Program-made: the position numbers and the translations under genes | Assembly (NCBI GenBank): GCA_012295275.1 | Contig: CM022677.1 | Location: 7,502,001 to 7,566,000, forward strand | DNA length: 64,000 nt | Origin: Chrysomallon squamiferum | Lineage: Eukaryota > Animalia > Mollusca | Direction of reading: 5' to 3' | Part shown: positions 32,791-46,481 of the stretch, one piece after another | Position numbering within the stretch: position 1 is the first letter of the stretch | How the letters are laid out: every line of letters starts with the position of its first letter | The notes under the pieces: generated by a model | Told to the model about the DNA's origin: nothing | What the model saw: only the letters and a program-made list of their open reading frames with translations | The model's database searches: none

Positions 32791-32868
32791 TACTGTGGAA
32801 AGTTTACTGTTTTTTTAAGTAGTGGTCTCTGTTTTATTGACTGTTGTGCTAGTTAAAATACAGAATTC

Positions 32869-32904
<36 letters not shown>

Positions 32905-33930
32905 ACTTCTCTGCAATGTTTGGCCAGTGTTAATCTGAATAGCTATTTGTGTTTATTGTATGTTTTTTTTTTCATTATCGTATTTTTTTAATTTGTTAAT
33001 TAGTTACCAGATTACTAATTTCAGTTTCAGAGGCTGAATGGAAGTCTGTAAACACATTAAGATATTTTTTTCAGGGAGAACAAAGAACTGTTTGATTTAA
33101 CAAGCCATCATGGTCATGATTGTTATTTATAAATAATTCTTTTTTATATTTCCATTGGCAGGAGAATAAAATAAAACAAAAATATTTATTCTGCTGTCTT
33201 AGACTATAATCAAACTGCAAACCTATTTGTTTATTTATTATTTTTAAATAATATATTATTTATTTTCTAAAAAATTTTCACTTTATGATTATTTACCTTT
33301 TTTCTCTTTATTAAATAAATAAATAACAGTAATGATATGAAGAAGTATAAACTGATTGTCTAGATCAGCTTTTCTGAATCTGTTCACCTTTGAAATAAAT
33401 TACATGTTTCAAGCAACCCCTGTACAAACATCATTAAACACATTCCTAATGATTGTCATATTTTTAAAAACAGTAGGTCAGACGAGATGATGTCTTTATT
33501 ACAGTAATGAAAGATTTCCCAAGAACATGCTGTGCGCAATATTATGAATATGAAATTAAATGAAAAATAGCTCGAAAGTGCATTAACTTATTTCACTGTT
33601 TTGCGGGGAATCCCTAGGGATTTTTTGTGGAACCTAGGTTGAGAAATGCTGCTCTAGATTAACTGTGTTATCATCAGTGCTGGATTTAGGTACAAGCAAA
33701 ACACTACAGTTTAGGAACTCACAACCTGCATGGTCCTCAAGAAGATTCCACATTGTGTTTAAATCAGATTACCTGAGGTTATTTTGTACTGGTGAATGTT
33801 AAAATTATTTTGAAATTCACATTCTTAGGATAGCCATTACTATATTATAATATACAACTGAGATTAAGCCAACCAAATTATTAATATGTAAACAGTAAGT
33901 AAATTCATTTGAAAATAATTTTGTTATTAA

Positions 33931-34012
<82 letters not shown>

Positions 34013-34201
34013 TGTAAATGCAGTATTTTATATACTTCAAAGTTATTATTTTATCGGTTAAAACCAAACAACGAATAAAAAGAAATGCTACTTTGCTGCC
34101 TGTCTGTGCATCATGAAACTATTCTGACATGCAATCTACTATTTAAAGGCAGATGTTCTCTCACTGACAAAATTATTCAAATTTCTATACTTTTTAGCCA
34201 T

Positions 34202-34304
<103 letters not shown>

Positions 34305-34392
34305 TTTGCTGTCTTTCTATAAATTAATTTACTCAATGTTTTGCTTTTCCTTTATTGTGTTTGTGTTATTATTATTGTTGTTGTTGTTATTG

Positions 34393-35432
34393 CTTTTCGC
34401 ATGTAGTACTTAATTTTACATTCTATATTTTCAGGTAGAAATATGACAGCTTTTCGCATGTAGTACATAATTTTACATTCTATATTTTCAGGTAGAAATA
34501 TGACAGCTTTTCACATGTAGTACTTAATTTGACATAGAAATATGACAGCTTTTTCACATGTAGTATTTGACATCTATATTTTCAGGTAGAAATATGACAG
34601 CTTTCGCATGTAGTACTTAATTTGACATTCTATATTTTCAGGTAGGTGAGAAATATGAGGTAGAAATCATCTTCATCGCATGTAGTACTTAATTTTACAT
34701 TCTATATTTTCAGGTAGAAATATGACAGCTTTTCGCATGTAGTACTTAATTTTACATTCTATATTTTCAGGTAGAAATATGACAGCTTTTCGCATGTAGT
34801 ACTTAATTTTACATTCTATATTTTCAGGTAGAAATATGACAGCTTTTCACATGTAGTACTTAATTTTACATTCTATATTTTCAGGTAGAAATATGACAGC
34901 TTTTTCACATGTACTTAATTTACATTTAATTTTACATTCTATATTTTCAGGTAGAAATATGACATCTTTTCGCATGTAGTACTTAATTTTACATTCTATA
35001 TTTTCAGGTAGAAATATGACAGCTTTTCGCATGTAGTACTTAATTTTACATTCTATATTTTCAGGTAGAAATATGACAGCTTTTCGCATGTAGTACTTAA
35101 TTTGACATTCTATATTTTCAGGTAGAAATATGACATCTTTTCGCATGTAGTACTTAATTTTACATTCTATATTTTCAGGTAGAGAAAATGATGACTTTTT
35201 TCGCATGTAGTACTTAATTTTACATTCTATATTTTCAGGTAGAAATATGACAGCTTTTCACATGTAGTACTTAATTTTACATTCTATATTTTCAGGTAGA
35301 AATATGACATCTTTTCGCATGTAGTACATAATTTTACATTCTATATTTTCAGGTAGAAATATGACAGCTTTTCGCATGTAGTACTTAATTTTACATTCTA
35401 TATTTTCAGGTAGAAATATGACAGCTTTTCGC
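34393..35432. repeat. 57-bp tandem array, about 18 copies, each containing the ZDHHC acceptor and ATG
   Basis: Unit TTTTCGCATGTAGTACTTAATTTTACATTCTATATTTTCAG|GTAGAAATATGACAGC; the last copy continues directly as ATG ACA GCT TTT CGC TGG GTT CTG at 35418. Confidence 0.95.
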
Positions 35433-36243
35433 TGGGTTCTGCCAAAAACCCTGGCTGATCGAGCAGCTTTGAGTGTTTTCACATTTGGTGGTTTGTTTTT
35501 ACTCTGGTATGAAATTTTTCACATACTACACAGAATGGACAAGCAAGACATACATTCACCTCTTTTTCGGACTTCTCTTTGCTTTCAACATCTACGGCAA
35601 CATGTTCATGCTAGCAACTACAGACACTACAGGAAGTGACATCATTTTCCCATCAGGCCCTGCTCCGAGTGGTTGGAGATACTGTGACCGGTGCAACAGC
35701 AACGTCCCTCCTCGATCTCACCACTGCAAGATCTGTGACGTGTGCATTCTAAAGAGGGATCATCACTGCTGGTTCGCTGGCTACTGCATCGGCTACCACA
35801 ACCAACGCTACTACATCATCATGCTCATGTACATGATGCTAGCCGGAGTCTACTGCAACATCTTCAATGCCAGCTTCGTGGCAAAAATTAAATTTCCTAA
35901 TGGTCCTGGGGTATTTTCAGTACTGTCATTTATAGCTCCTCATGCAGCTTTTCTTTTCCGTTTTGAAGGAATCTACACAAGTCTGATAACATCATTAACT
36001 ACAGTGGGAGTCTTGCTGACAGCCATGTTTCTATGGTTACTGCTGATACAGATCGGGCAGGTGTCACGTGGACAGGCGCGATATGAAAAGAAGAGAAAAG
36101 TGTACTTGTATGACGTGGTCTTAAAAACAATGTAATTGAAGTGTTTGGAAAGAACTGGTATATGGTTTGGTTGTCTCCCTTTGTGTCCCTCCAACTTCCT
36201 GGCGATGGAGTCACTTTCAGGAAAACAAGAACATCTGAATGTG

Positions 36244-36250
<7 letters not shown>
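35418..36250 (+). pseudogene. ZDHHC24: DHHC palmitoyltransferase (ZDHHC24-like), single coding exon, two frameshifts
   Basis: Three overlapping frames: MTAFRWVLPKTLADRAALSVF...WYEIFH; YYTEWTSKTYIH...WRYCDRCNSNVPPRSHHCKICDVCILKRDHHCWFAGYCIGYHNQRYY...YD; then GLKNNVIEVFGKNWYMVWLSPFVSLQLPGDG. Shifts at about 35525 and 36115. The end runs into a (TAT)n tract. Confidence 0.85.
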
Positions 36251-36308
<58 letters not shown>

Positions 36309-36879
36309 GATTATCATTATTGTTGTTATTGTCATTATTATTATTATTATTTGAACAAGCAAAAGAAATCCAGTAGCTATTACTGTCCGTCCATTTTGTA
36401 GGAAAAATAATTAGAAATTCAAAATATATTTTTATCATTATTGTTTATTATTTATTATTACTGTCATTGTTATTATTGTTGTTCTTGTTGTTGTTCTTTT
36501 TGTTCTTATTGTTCTTATTGTTGTTCTTCTTTCTTCTTCTTCTTCTTCTTCTTCTTCTTATTATTATTATTATTTAAACAAGCAAAAGAAATATTTAAAT
36601 TAATGCATTTTCTTGATTTCTGAATACAGGCTAAATCATTTCTTAAAATATATATATATATATAAAAGAGTAAAGCATGAAACTGTATTTGAAATTAATA
36701 CAATTCTAAAAGAAGATACTTTTTTTATTTTTTATTATCTCACTTTCCATTTTCACATATTTTTCTGCTAACTGTGTTTATTTTCAGAGTGTATATTAAT
36801 AGAGAAGTGTGTTTTCTCTGTGTGTATTTTCAGAGTGTATATTAATAGAGAAGAGTGTTTACTCTGTGTGTATTTTCAG

Positions 36880-39583
36880 CTGATGAGTCAGGGGAGTGTG
36901 AGGATCAGGTGGAGGTGACGTCTATACTACAGAGAGCTCATCACTCGAGGAAGTCTGCTGAAGGTATGGCTCGACATCTACTTCACAAACTGGACAGAAG
37001 CTGTGGAGTTCACACCACACCCTGTATTTCTCACCCCTGGGAGGATCTGTCTTCTAACAGCAGAACTGCAAGGTGACGCTTTACTTGAAGTCTTTTTTTT
37101 GTTATATGGACTTTGTTTTCTATTATTTTATATTTAGTTTTGTAAGTACTGAAACTGACTTTATTAATTAATATCTTTGTTTTTCACTACTTCAGGGTGA
37201 CACCTGATATTCTGCTTTCACTTTGTTTTTATAACTTTACTATAATTACTTTTCTGTCCAAAGAGATTTTGTCTTTAGCATTTTAATTATGCTTTTAAAG
37301 TTAAATACTGAAATTGTCTTTATTTTATACATTAAATATGCTTTTATATTTAAATGGACTACCTTGTATTGAATTTAATCCACTTCGTTTTTAATACTTA
37401 AAAGTGATTTTGTTTTTATATATGTAAATTATCTTTATTTTATATTTATTAATTTTATACCTTTGAAATTGCTTTTATTAACCTAAATAGACCTTTAATT
37501 AATAAAACATAGTTTTGCATCTGACTGGGATTTTTTTTTACTAAGATAAATTTAGATTTTTTAGTTTATTAAAGTGTAATTAACTATCTTTTTAAAAGGG
37601 TTTCACCTAATTATAGAATTATAAATTTCAAGTGCATTAACTTACTTTTCCATGATTAGTGATAATCTTTACCAAACCAACTTTTCATTTTGAATTGTCC
37701 ATCACGTCCAGTTCTACAGCCAGCTCAGTGGACACTGACTTCACCAAACTCGATGAACAGAGACTGCGTGAGTACATTCAGTCACTGAAGAATGACTGGG
37801 CAGCGGTCAGAATGACCGTCATGGAGCTGGAGAGTTTACACTTTGATCCTCTGCTTGATGAACCCAAGAAAACTCCAGAAGCTCAAAGACTGGATTTGGA
37901 AAATGCTGTGTTAATGCAGGAGCTGATGGCTCTGAAGGTCAGTGTTACTAAATGTGTTGTTCTGTCTATATAAAAATCTCTGTTTTATTTATCACTTTAT
38001 CTGTTCTAAGTTAGATAGTATATATAATTATATAAACAGACTGGGCAAACAGAAACATGTTATTATCTCTTACTTTATCTCTTCTAGACTAGCAGTTATA
38101 TAAACAGTGTAAACATACATAATAGATATATGTCACATTATTGATGTTATTATTTGTCATGCTTCAAACAGAAACAATTAAATAATAATAACCAACTTCA
38201 TAGACTGTCTACTGATTTTATTATGTGTGTATTCTAAAACACTGATTTGTCATATAAACACATCTAAATAATAATAATAACTTACTGTCTATTTATTTAT
38301 TATTTTAGTATTCTAAACATATTGACTTGTTCATATAAACAGAGAAAATTTAAAGAATAACTTACAATATATGTCTCAGCATTGATTCTGTGTGTCATAA
38401 CTACTGATGCTGTTTATCACAGTTCTTTGTAATAATTTTGAATTGTATGTTTTCTAAGAATACTGAGTAAGATAAATGTAATAATAATATTGATTTTGTG
38501 TGCCATAACCACTGATACTCTTTTTCATAATTACTTTTAAAATTTTAAATATATCATTATGATAATAATTAATTGAAAACCTTTGAAATTATTAAATTTT
38601 AAATGTTTTAAACTTTGATTCATCAAGGTGATAAAAGTAAGGAACAGACAACTTTCATAGTTCTAATTTTATTATGTAACTGAGTTTCAATCATTTATCT
38701 TCAGGATGATCATGATAATCTGATAATTACTTATAATAATTTTATTGGTATAAATCATTACAATTTTAATTTTATTATTATAATCAAGTTTTCATTGATT
38801 ATGATCATGATAAAGATGATAATTTGATAGCTTTCATAATTAGTAAAATGTTCAATGACTAATCATTTATCATCAGGATGATAAAGATGATAATCTGATA
38901 GCTTTCATAATTAGTAAAATGTTCAATGACTAATCATTTATCATCAGGATGATGAAGATGATGAGCTGACAGTGCCAGCTATATGTGAGTTGAGATTGAA
39001 TGATGTGATGGAGATAGCTCAGGACCTGTGTGAGTCACTCAGAAGAGAAAAACGACTCAAATTCAGAGTACAAGAGTTAGTGGCTGCTCTAGAGAAAATC
39101 TCTAAAAACTCAGAAATCAGACATCAGCAGTCAGCAGAGTTTGTCAATGACCTGAAATGAGCTAACAGGTAAACATACAGGTGTATGCATGTCATGCATA
39201 ATCTACATGTTCTACCATAAACATTGATCTATGAAAACACATACACACGTTTCAAACAGAAATTCAAATTATATTTAGAGACATTTTGACTAAACTTGTT
39301 ATATGAATATTATAATTATATAAACAGTATATAAACTGACATAATGTCATTGGTTTTTCTGGTTGGGATATTTTTTTGGAAGATTTTGTTTGTGTTGTAT
39401 TAAATAATACTGTTGTTATTAACATTTATATATTTCTAACATAAACCATCTAATTTTTATCTTCTTTTTGTTTTGTTTTGTAGTGATAGCATTAGTATTT
39501 CTGTAATAAAACTGTTCAAACAAAGAATCGAAGTGCTTGAGATAGACACTGTTAGGCCACCAACCAATGAGACTTCATTATAG
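36880..39583 (+). pseudogene. MCC: MCC (mutated in colorectal cancer) C-terminal fragment with nonsense codon and missing exons
   Basis: Exons 36880-37072 (LQRAHHSRKSAE...PWEDLSSNS), about 37712-37937 (STASSVDTDFTKLDEQRL...RLDLENAVLMQELMALK), 38948-39168 (RREKRLKFRVQELVAALE...SEIRHQQSAEFVNDLK*AN, TGA at 39158), about 39506-39583 (KQRIEVLE...TNETSL*). These match recalled MCC C-terminal motifs including ETSL. The EEMAELKAQLY-like and AYEKAKKK-like segments were not found. Confidence 0.88.
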
Positions 39584-40869
39584 CAGATCTGGGATTTTAA
39601 ATTAACCAGTCGTAATGACTGTAACAAAATTCTGTGAGTTCTGTTATCCAGTCACTGTGTCTGTAAGGAAAGACAGGTAAAAAAGTCTGTAATTTACCAA
39701 TCATGTAACCATGGTGATCTAAGAGTTAAAAATAGCCAGTCATGGTGTAATAAAAGACTGGCCACTGATCTGTAATAAACCAATCATCACGAATGTAACA
39801 AATAACCCGCCAAAAGGATTTGGAATTAACCAATCAGTGTTGTTCTTGAAAATTCAGGTCAGAGAAATATTTGCAAACATTATTCAATACCTTGGACCAT
39901 TCAAACAAATGTGCAAATGAAACATTATTGTGAAAGAACTTTGTGTTTATTTTGGCCAACTTCTGTGACCAAAATGAACAAAACAGACATTACAGAAAAT
40001 ACTTCATTTAAATTACCATTGATGATCTAAAGAAAATGTTTGTGTGAATCAGTGTCAAAGGATCACTGGTTACATCTGAAGAAACATTACAACACAGTGG
40101 TACAACACACTAGCCAATTAAAATAATTAATAAATAATAATTAATACGAATAAATATAACAAATAAATAAAATCATTAATAAATAATAATTAATAATAGT
40201 AAATACAACAAATAAATAAAATAATTATAAATAGATAGAAACAAGTGAATGAGGCAGAGACAAATGACAGAGACAAGTGAATTAAACTGAGACAAGTCAG
40301 AGATACAAATGAGACAGAGACAAGTTATAAAGACAGCTAAGTGAATGACAGAGACAGCTGAATGAGATATTTTACTTTCATTCAAACACTCAAAGAATGA
40401 ACAGATTATATAAATATGTATATTTCATTAATGTTTTCATGTTGACATTTTTCTTTGATTCATATAGTAAAAATAAAAACCTTTCTCATAGATAAATGAG
40501 ACAATTCCGGTGAAAGTCTGTCATTCTTGTCACTGTGCAAAGAAATATTTCTCCATATTCTTAATAATGTTTTTGTGATTTTTTGAAAAGACTAACTATT
40601 TTAATGAACACTAGTGAAATTTCATGCTTCTTTCATTTTTCAGATAGATTTTTAAATATAGAAATAAAACATTTTTGAAGCAGTATTTTAACATTAGTCC
40701 TAGAAGCACAACATAATATTTATTAATAGGTTGAAATAGTATATACCAGTCTAGAAGTTATTATCTATGTTTAACAAAGAGAGAAGTAAATAATAACACT
40801 TCTATAAGACCAGTAAGATTGATTGGAATAGGATTATTGCATTAATTTAATGAATAACTAAGTAAGTAA

Positions 40870-41430
40870 TAACGTTAGAAACAACACCGTTATGACGACA
40901 TCAACGCGATATTAATAAAAAATAATAATACATTTTAATGGGATGCGGACACTAAGAAGTTAAGAACAAACCCTTACACGGCAACGACGGCGACATTAAT
41001 AGATACAATAGCAATATATTTTAATACAGGACTCGCATGGTCAGAAAGTAAGAATAACAGCGAATAAAAAGCGTAAAAGAATAATGAAAACTAAATCGAG
41101 AACGTTAAGAATAACACCATTACGACGGCAAATAGTAACAATATATTCCAATATATGATGGTAAGAATAACAGGTTTTAAAACGCGTAAAATAATAATGA
41201 CAAGAACACCAAAACATTCAGAACAACGCTGGTACGACGGCAATGACGGCGTCATTAATAGAAATTAAAATAATATATTTTAATAGGTGATGCGCCCGCT
41301 CAGAAACTAACTTGAACGTACTGAGTAAATAAAGAAGAAACACGAACCCTAACACCCGGATTTAAAACGCGTGTCTGTAGATCTCCAGTATACAGTTTCA
41401 TATTTAGACGTGTTTTCAAAACATCGTTAT
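40870..41430 (+). repeat. Dispersed repeat patch related to sequences in the inverted arms
   Basis: Degenerate AAGAATAACACC...ACGACGGCAA...GACATTAATA units resemble 8580-8630, 26085-26170 and (reverse) 51985-52180. AAACTAACTTGAACGT...TAACACCCGGATTTAAAACGCGTGTCT at about 41304-41376 matches the arm module at 46950 and (reverse) 12375-12460. Confidence 0.7.
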
Positions 41431-41957
41431 TTTTTATGTTTTTTATTTTTATTTGCATTTTTCGTTCGTGCGATTGTTTCTCCTATTTTATTTTTGATGG
41501 TGTGAGTGTGTGTGTGCGTGTGTGTGTGTCAGCGAGACAGAGACCTTTTCTTCTTTTCCATGTCTGAAGAGAAAATTATAAAAAGTATGTCAGGCAAAAC
41601 AAAAAGAAAAAATGAAGTAGAATAGTTGAGTACACTTGGAACCCTCATCCAAAAAAAAACAACAGCAATAATTTGTATTAGCTGTTAATAATAAATTTAT
41701 AATAAGAGTACTACAGATTTTATACAAATTAATTATATTTTACACACAGACAGACATATAGATATATAGGTGAATATCAAGAAACAATGTAAAATAGTTT
41801 TATAATTTAAATAAAATAATAACAGAAGAATTTTATTTTTATCATATAAATGTTTTATTTCAGTTTTATTTTGATTACACTGGATATATATATATATATA
41901 TATTTTATTTAATACCACTTTCTTGAAATAAACTACAAAATAACAGAACAGTATACA

Positions 41958-42049
<92 letters not shown>

Positions 42050-42374
42050 AAACTGGATGAAAATTTTAAAAGTAAATCACATTTTGTTTTGAAATTTATC
42101 TTGGAATTTAGTATTTTTAAACGAGACTTTAAGAATAATAATCATAATTTAAAAAATAATTAATGAATTAATGATTAATTATTATATTTAATAAAAAAAA
42201 AATGAAATTAAAGAAAGTAACTAAATTAATTACTTAATTAATTAAATTAATAAGTAAATAAATAATATAACTAATTATCTGTTTATTTATCAATTCATGT
42301 AAAGAAAGAAATGTCTGTGGACTTTCAACTTCAAAACAGTTAAAGTGAAACTAATTTAGCAGACAGATTGAAGT

Positions 42375-44388
42375 TTACTTTTTACACCATGTAAATATAT
42401 TTATTTTTCTGGCGTACTCTCCCACGTACAATTTGTTGTCACCACAACAGACAGACCAAGGTTCGGACAGCCCATCCTAGTCAGTGAGGATGTCACGTAT
42501 AATGTTACCATCTCGTGACAACTGAACAACACAATTTCTTTTGTAAGCACAAACAAAAATATTTCCCTCCCTGTCACATGTAACACCTGCCAAGTTTCTC
42601 AGTTTGTCTGAATCACGTGACACCCATTTGACGTCACCTGATGACGTCACACAAACTAAACTGTTTGCATTTGACACAACAATCAGACATTGATCGTGAA
42701 CTGTGAGATACCACGGTTTGGGGATCAAATCTGTTGAGATTGAATTAATGAGCTGACCACTGTCTGTCAGTATGTCCAAGTACTGAGTGTACCCAGTGAC
42801 CGCGAGACGGTTGCCAGGTAACACAGAGATAAACTCATAGCCTTTAACAGTTTTAACTGTTTTTATCAGTTTGAAGTTTTCCAAATTTAAAAACAATATT
42901 TTATATTTACTTGGCACAGCAACAACAACAACAACATCACCCTGCCGATCACATGATTCAGCAAGACCGCATGGTCTAGAGGAAGTTTTGTATCTGTTTA
43001 TCAGTGATTTTCTTTCTAAACAAAAACATTTTACACAGACATTGAAACAATCACTAACAACAATTTTACTTTTGTCTGCACCTGACACCAGCATGAAAAC
43101 CGGAAAAGCATTTTGTTCATCTTCTTGTGTTTTTATGTTAATGGTGTCTGTGTGTTTGAGTGTGTCTGTTAGTCTCTCTATCTGTGTGTCTGTGTGCTGT
43201 GTTTTTGTGTCAGTTGTGCCTGTGTGTTTGAGTGTGTCTTTGTGTATGTCTGTTTGGATATTTGTGGATATTTCTCCAATGTGGACTGACATTTCTGCCT
43301 TTTTGTCAGATTTTATCAGATTTATTTTAAACTTTGCTTCTTCTGTTTGGGAACGAGATTTGGCCAGAAACTCGGAAGTTGTGTTTTGAAGTTTGGTGAA
43401 TTTTAAAATGTTACTTTTTACATCTGATTTTCTTTTCAGCAAATCTTCCCCCAATTTTAGCATTTTTTCGTTTTCCTCAATCAGATGTTTGTGTTCATTG
43501 AATAATTTGCCTATTTCTGAGTTTACAAAGTTCTGAGATTTTTCTATTTCTCTTATTAACCTGTCTTGTTCTTTGTGGACTGCGGCAGTAAAATCTGTGA
43601 TTAGTGTGTTACCAATCCTTCTGACCTCTTCTGCAATGTCAACGATGTTGATGTCGACGGCTTGGCGATGTTGCTCAATCATATCATCCATCTCTGTCTG
43701 AAGAGCTTCTTTAAAGGTTTTGAGACTTTCAGAAACAGAACTCAGAATTGAAACGTGACCTCCCTTTTGAGCTGAAATAAATAACTAACTAAATAAATAA
43801 ATGAATGAATAAACCAATAAAAATAAATAAAGAAAGAAATAAATAATCAATCAGTCAATTAATTAATTAACTAGGACTACTATTATTAATAAAGATATGT
43901 CCACAAAGTGAAGTTTTAGAATTTATTTTATCAACTACTTTAAAAATCTGAGTAGAGAAATGTCATAAATAAAGTTCCCTCTATTTCTTTAGGTTGTGAT
44001 GGTTAATACATAACACAAATATCTTTAGTTAAACAATCACTAAATGTTTTCTTTTTTTAGTATTTTATTGTAACGGATCTAAACACAACACTGCTGACTC
44101 ACAAAACTTTGATTGTAGTCTATCATTAGCGGCGTCCTGTAGTGAAAGGTTTATAGGGAATTGATCTGCCCATGTATTCACTGGTTTCGTGCTGTCTGAG
44201 ATGTGGACATCCTGCCTGCAGAACGGGCAGGTGATTTTTATGTCGTTGTTGTTGTAATTCTGACTTATATAGTCCTGCAGGCATTTGCTGCACAACGAAT
44301 GTCCACAGGTTAATATTCGCGGCTTCTTGAAAAGTTCCGCACAAATGCAGCACGAAAGTTTATAATCATAGTTTGCAGCTGTTGCCAT
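42375..44388 (-). CDS. TRIM-like E3 ligase: RING + coiled coil + NHL/beta-propeller, no B-box; premature TAG at 42477-42479 (possible pseudogene)
   Basis: Exon 1 44388-44103 (C3HC4 RING CCICAELFKKPRILTCGHSLCSKCL...CPFCR, GTGAGT donor, phase 1) joins in frame to exon 2 from 43771 (TTTCAG acceptor). 526 aa to the TAG. The frame continues DGLSEPWSVCCGDNKLYVGEYARKINIFTWCKK* to 42375, which looks like the final propeller blade. NHL-like motifs: RPCGLA, GVTCDREGNIFVC. Confidence 0.8.
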
Positions 44389-45879
44389 ATCTGTGAATAA
44401 CAATAACAATAATAATAATAAATATATAAATAAATAAATATCAATAACAAAAACAGCAACAACATAGAAGAATCAGAGAAGATAAAAGAGAAAATGCAGA
44501 GAAAGAAAAAGTGATGTTTAACTAAATAATAATAATAATAATAATAAATAATAATAATAATAATAATAATAATAATCATGATGATGAAATGATAAAATAA
44601 ATATATAAACGTGTGAATGTAACACTATAATGAATTACAAACTTATTAAATTTAACCTTGTGACGTAGGTTTGTGAAGGAAGACAACAGACCTACTTAGT
44701 AATTTATATGAATCAAAAGATAAATAAATAAATAAATAAATAAATAATCTGACATATCCATGAATGTTGCAAGGTAATTTCACACTATTTATGTCATGCT
44801 AAGTAACCCAGCTCACACATTTTCATGATGAAACACGTATGTGGACAATGAAAGAAACGTGACATTTACAGAAGTAATGTATTCAGTGTAATAACAACGA
44901 AACATTTCATAGTAAACGAATGAATTTCTGATTGCTGCTGAACATTATTTTATTAACGTGAACTCAACAAATTTTTAATCTGCAGTTAAATGGCTTCATT
45001 CACTGATAAAGTAATCGACAAAGATAAATGCGACAACACATCGCCAGACACTACTTTTCTCTGACCACTGAGCCACACCCTCCACTCTAACACAAAACAA
45101 TTTTGTACAGAAATTTTATTATGAAATAAACTATAATAATGAAAAACATGATACAAGGTGAATATATGATTTTAGTCACGTAGACACAATGGTAATAAAA
45201 TAATAGTAATATATATTCCTTTATTATATAAATTTTATTTCGTTCTATTTAAGATGAATAAATAAATAAATAAAGACAGAAGCAATAAAATTCATGAAAT
45301 TATAACATTATATATTTTATTATTTAGCTAAACCAAGCAAGTATATTTCTGTTTGAATCAGAGAGCAATTCTCAAATGTTTGGAAATAGGGAATTGAATA
45401 TTACGTCAGCAGTGTTAACAGCTGACAAATATATGTAACACAACTGTTTTCTAAGTATTTTAATTTAACATATGTTGCAGTTTACCTTACTTATTTGTTA
45501 GAAAGGTGTTAATTTTCATATCATTCTTAATTCACATATGTGTATGTGTATAGATATATATATATATATATATATATGAGAATAGTGTCTCTGCATAAAA
45601 CCGTCACACTTTTGTCGTCTTGTTGATATTGTGAACGACTGTTTTGTTGAACCAGATTATTTGAAAAACATGAGTACAAAAACGTCCTACAGACCAGTAT
45701 GAATAATACAAGTTATCACTTCGCTGGTTTTCATAGCCTTTCAGTTAGCTCGTTCATTATAGTGATGTTTTTAAACGATACAGTACAAAGTCAAACTATT
45801 TTCCAATGTCATTGTTTCAAATATTAAATACTCTTATTAATAATAATACTTTAATAATACTTTAAATAATAATACTTTA

Positions 45880-45934
<55 letters not shown>

Positions 45935-46366
45935 GCAGCAGATGAAGTAGTAGTAGTAGTACTATTAATAATAATAATAAAATCTAAAATGTTTGGGTTG
46001 GAGATTTACTCTTATTTTATCTGACCTATTCATAACAACAAATTCTACTCCACAAAACTGTAAACAAAAATTATATCATTTTAGTCATCTTTTTTAAACC
46101 TGATTGTATTCTGTTACAGCCAGACACTGACGACATGTGTATCAGATAACTATGATTGTGTTTCTTTTTAGCCACACATTGTAAAACAAAGACATTCTTA
46201 CTGTTACTGATATGTGTATAAAGTGTAGTGCGCCTGGAAGCTACATTCTAATTATTATACTTGTCACGTATAAAACGAAATAAGTAATGTTAGTCAGTTA
46301 TTCATTAATTCATAATTACTTTTCAAACTGCAACGACAGAAGCGTAGCTATTGCAGGGAATAAATA

Positions 46367-46481
<115 letters not shown>

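Noticed and set aside
33600-33740. Possible hAT MITE ends (GGTTGAGAAATGCTG; CAGTGCTGGATTTAGG)
   Set aside because: Short, degenerate, with no matching partner TIR or target-site duplication identified.
39158-39160. In-frame TGA in MCC as selenocysteine or programmed readthrough
   Set aside because: It replaces a conserved Arg and is explained by CGA to TGA; the fragment has other lesions.
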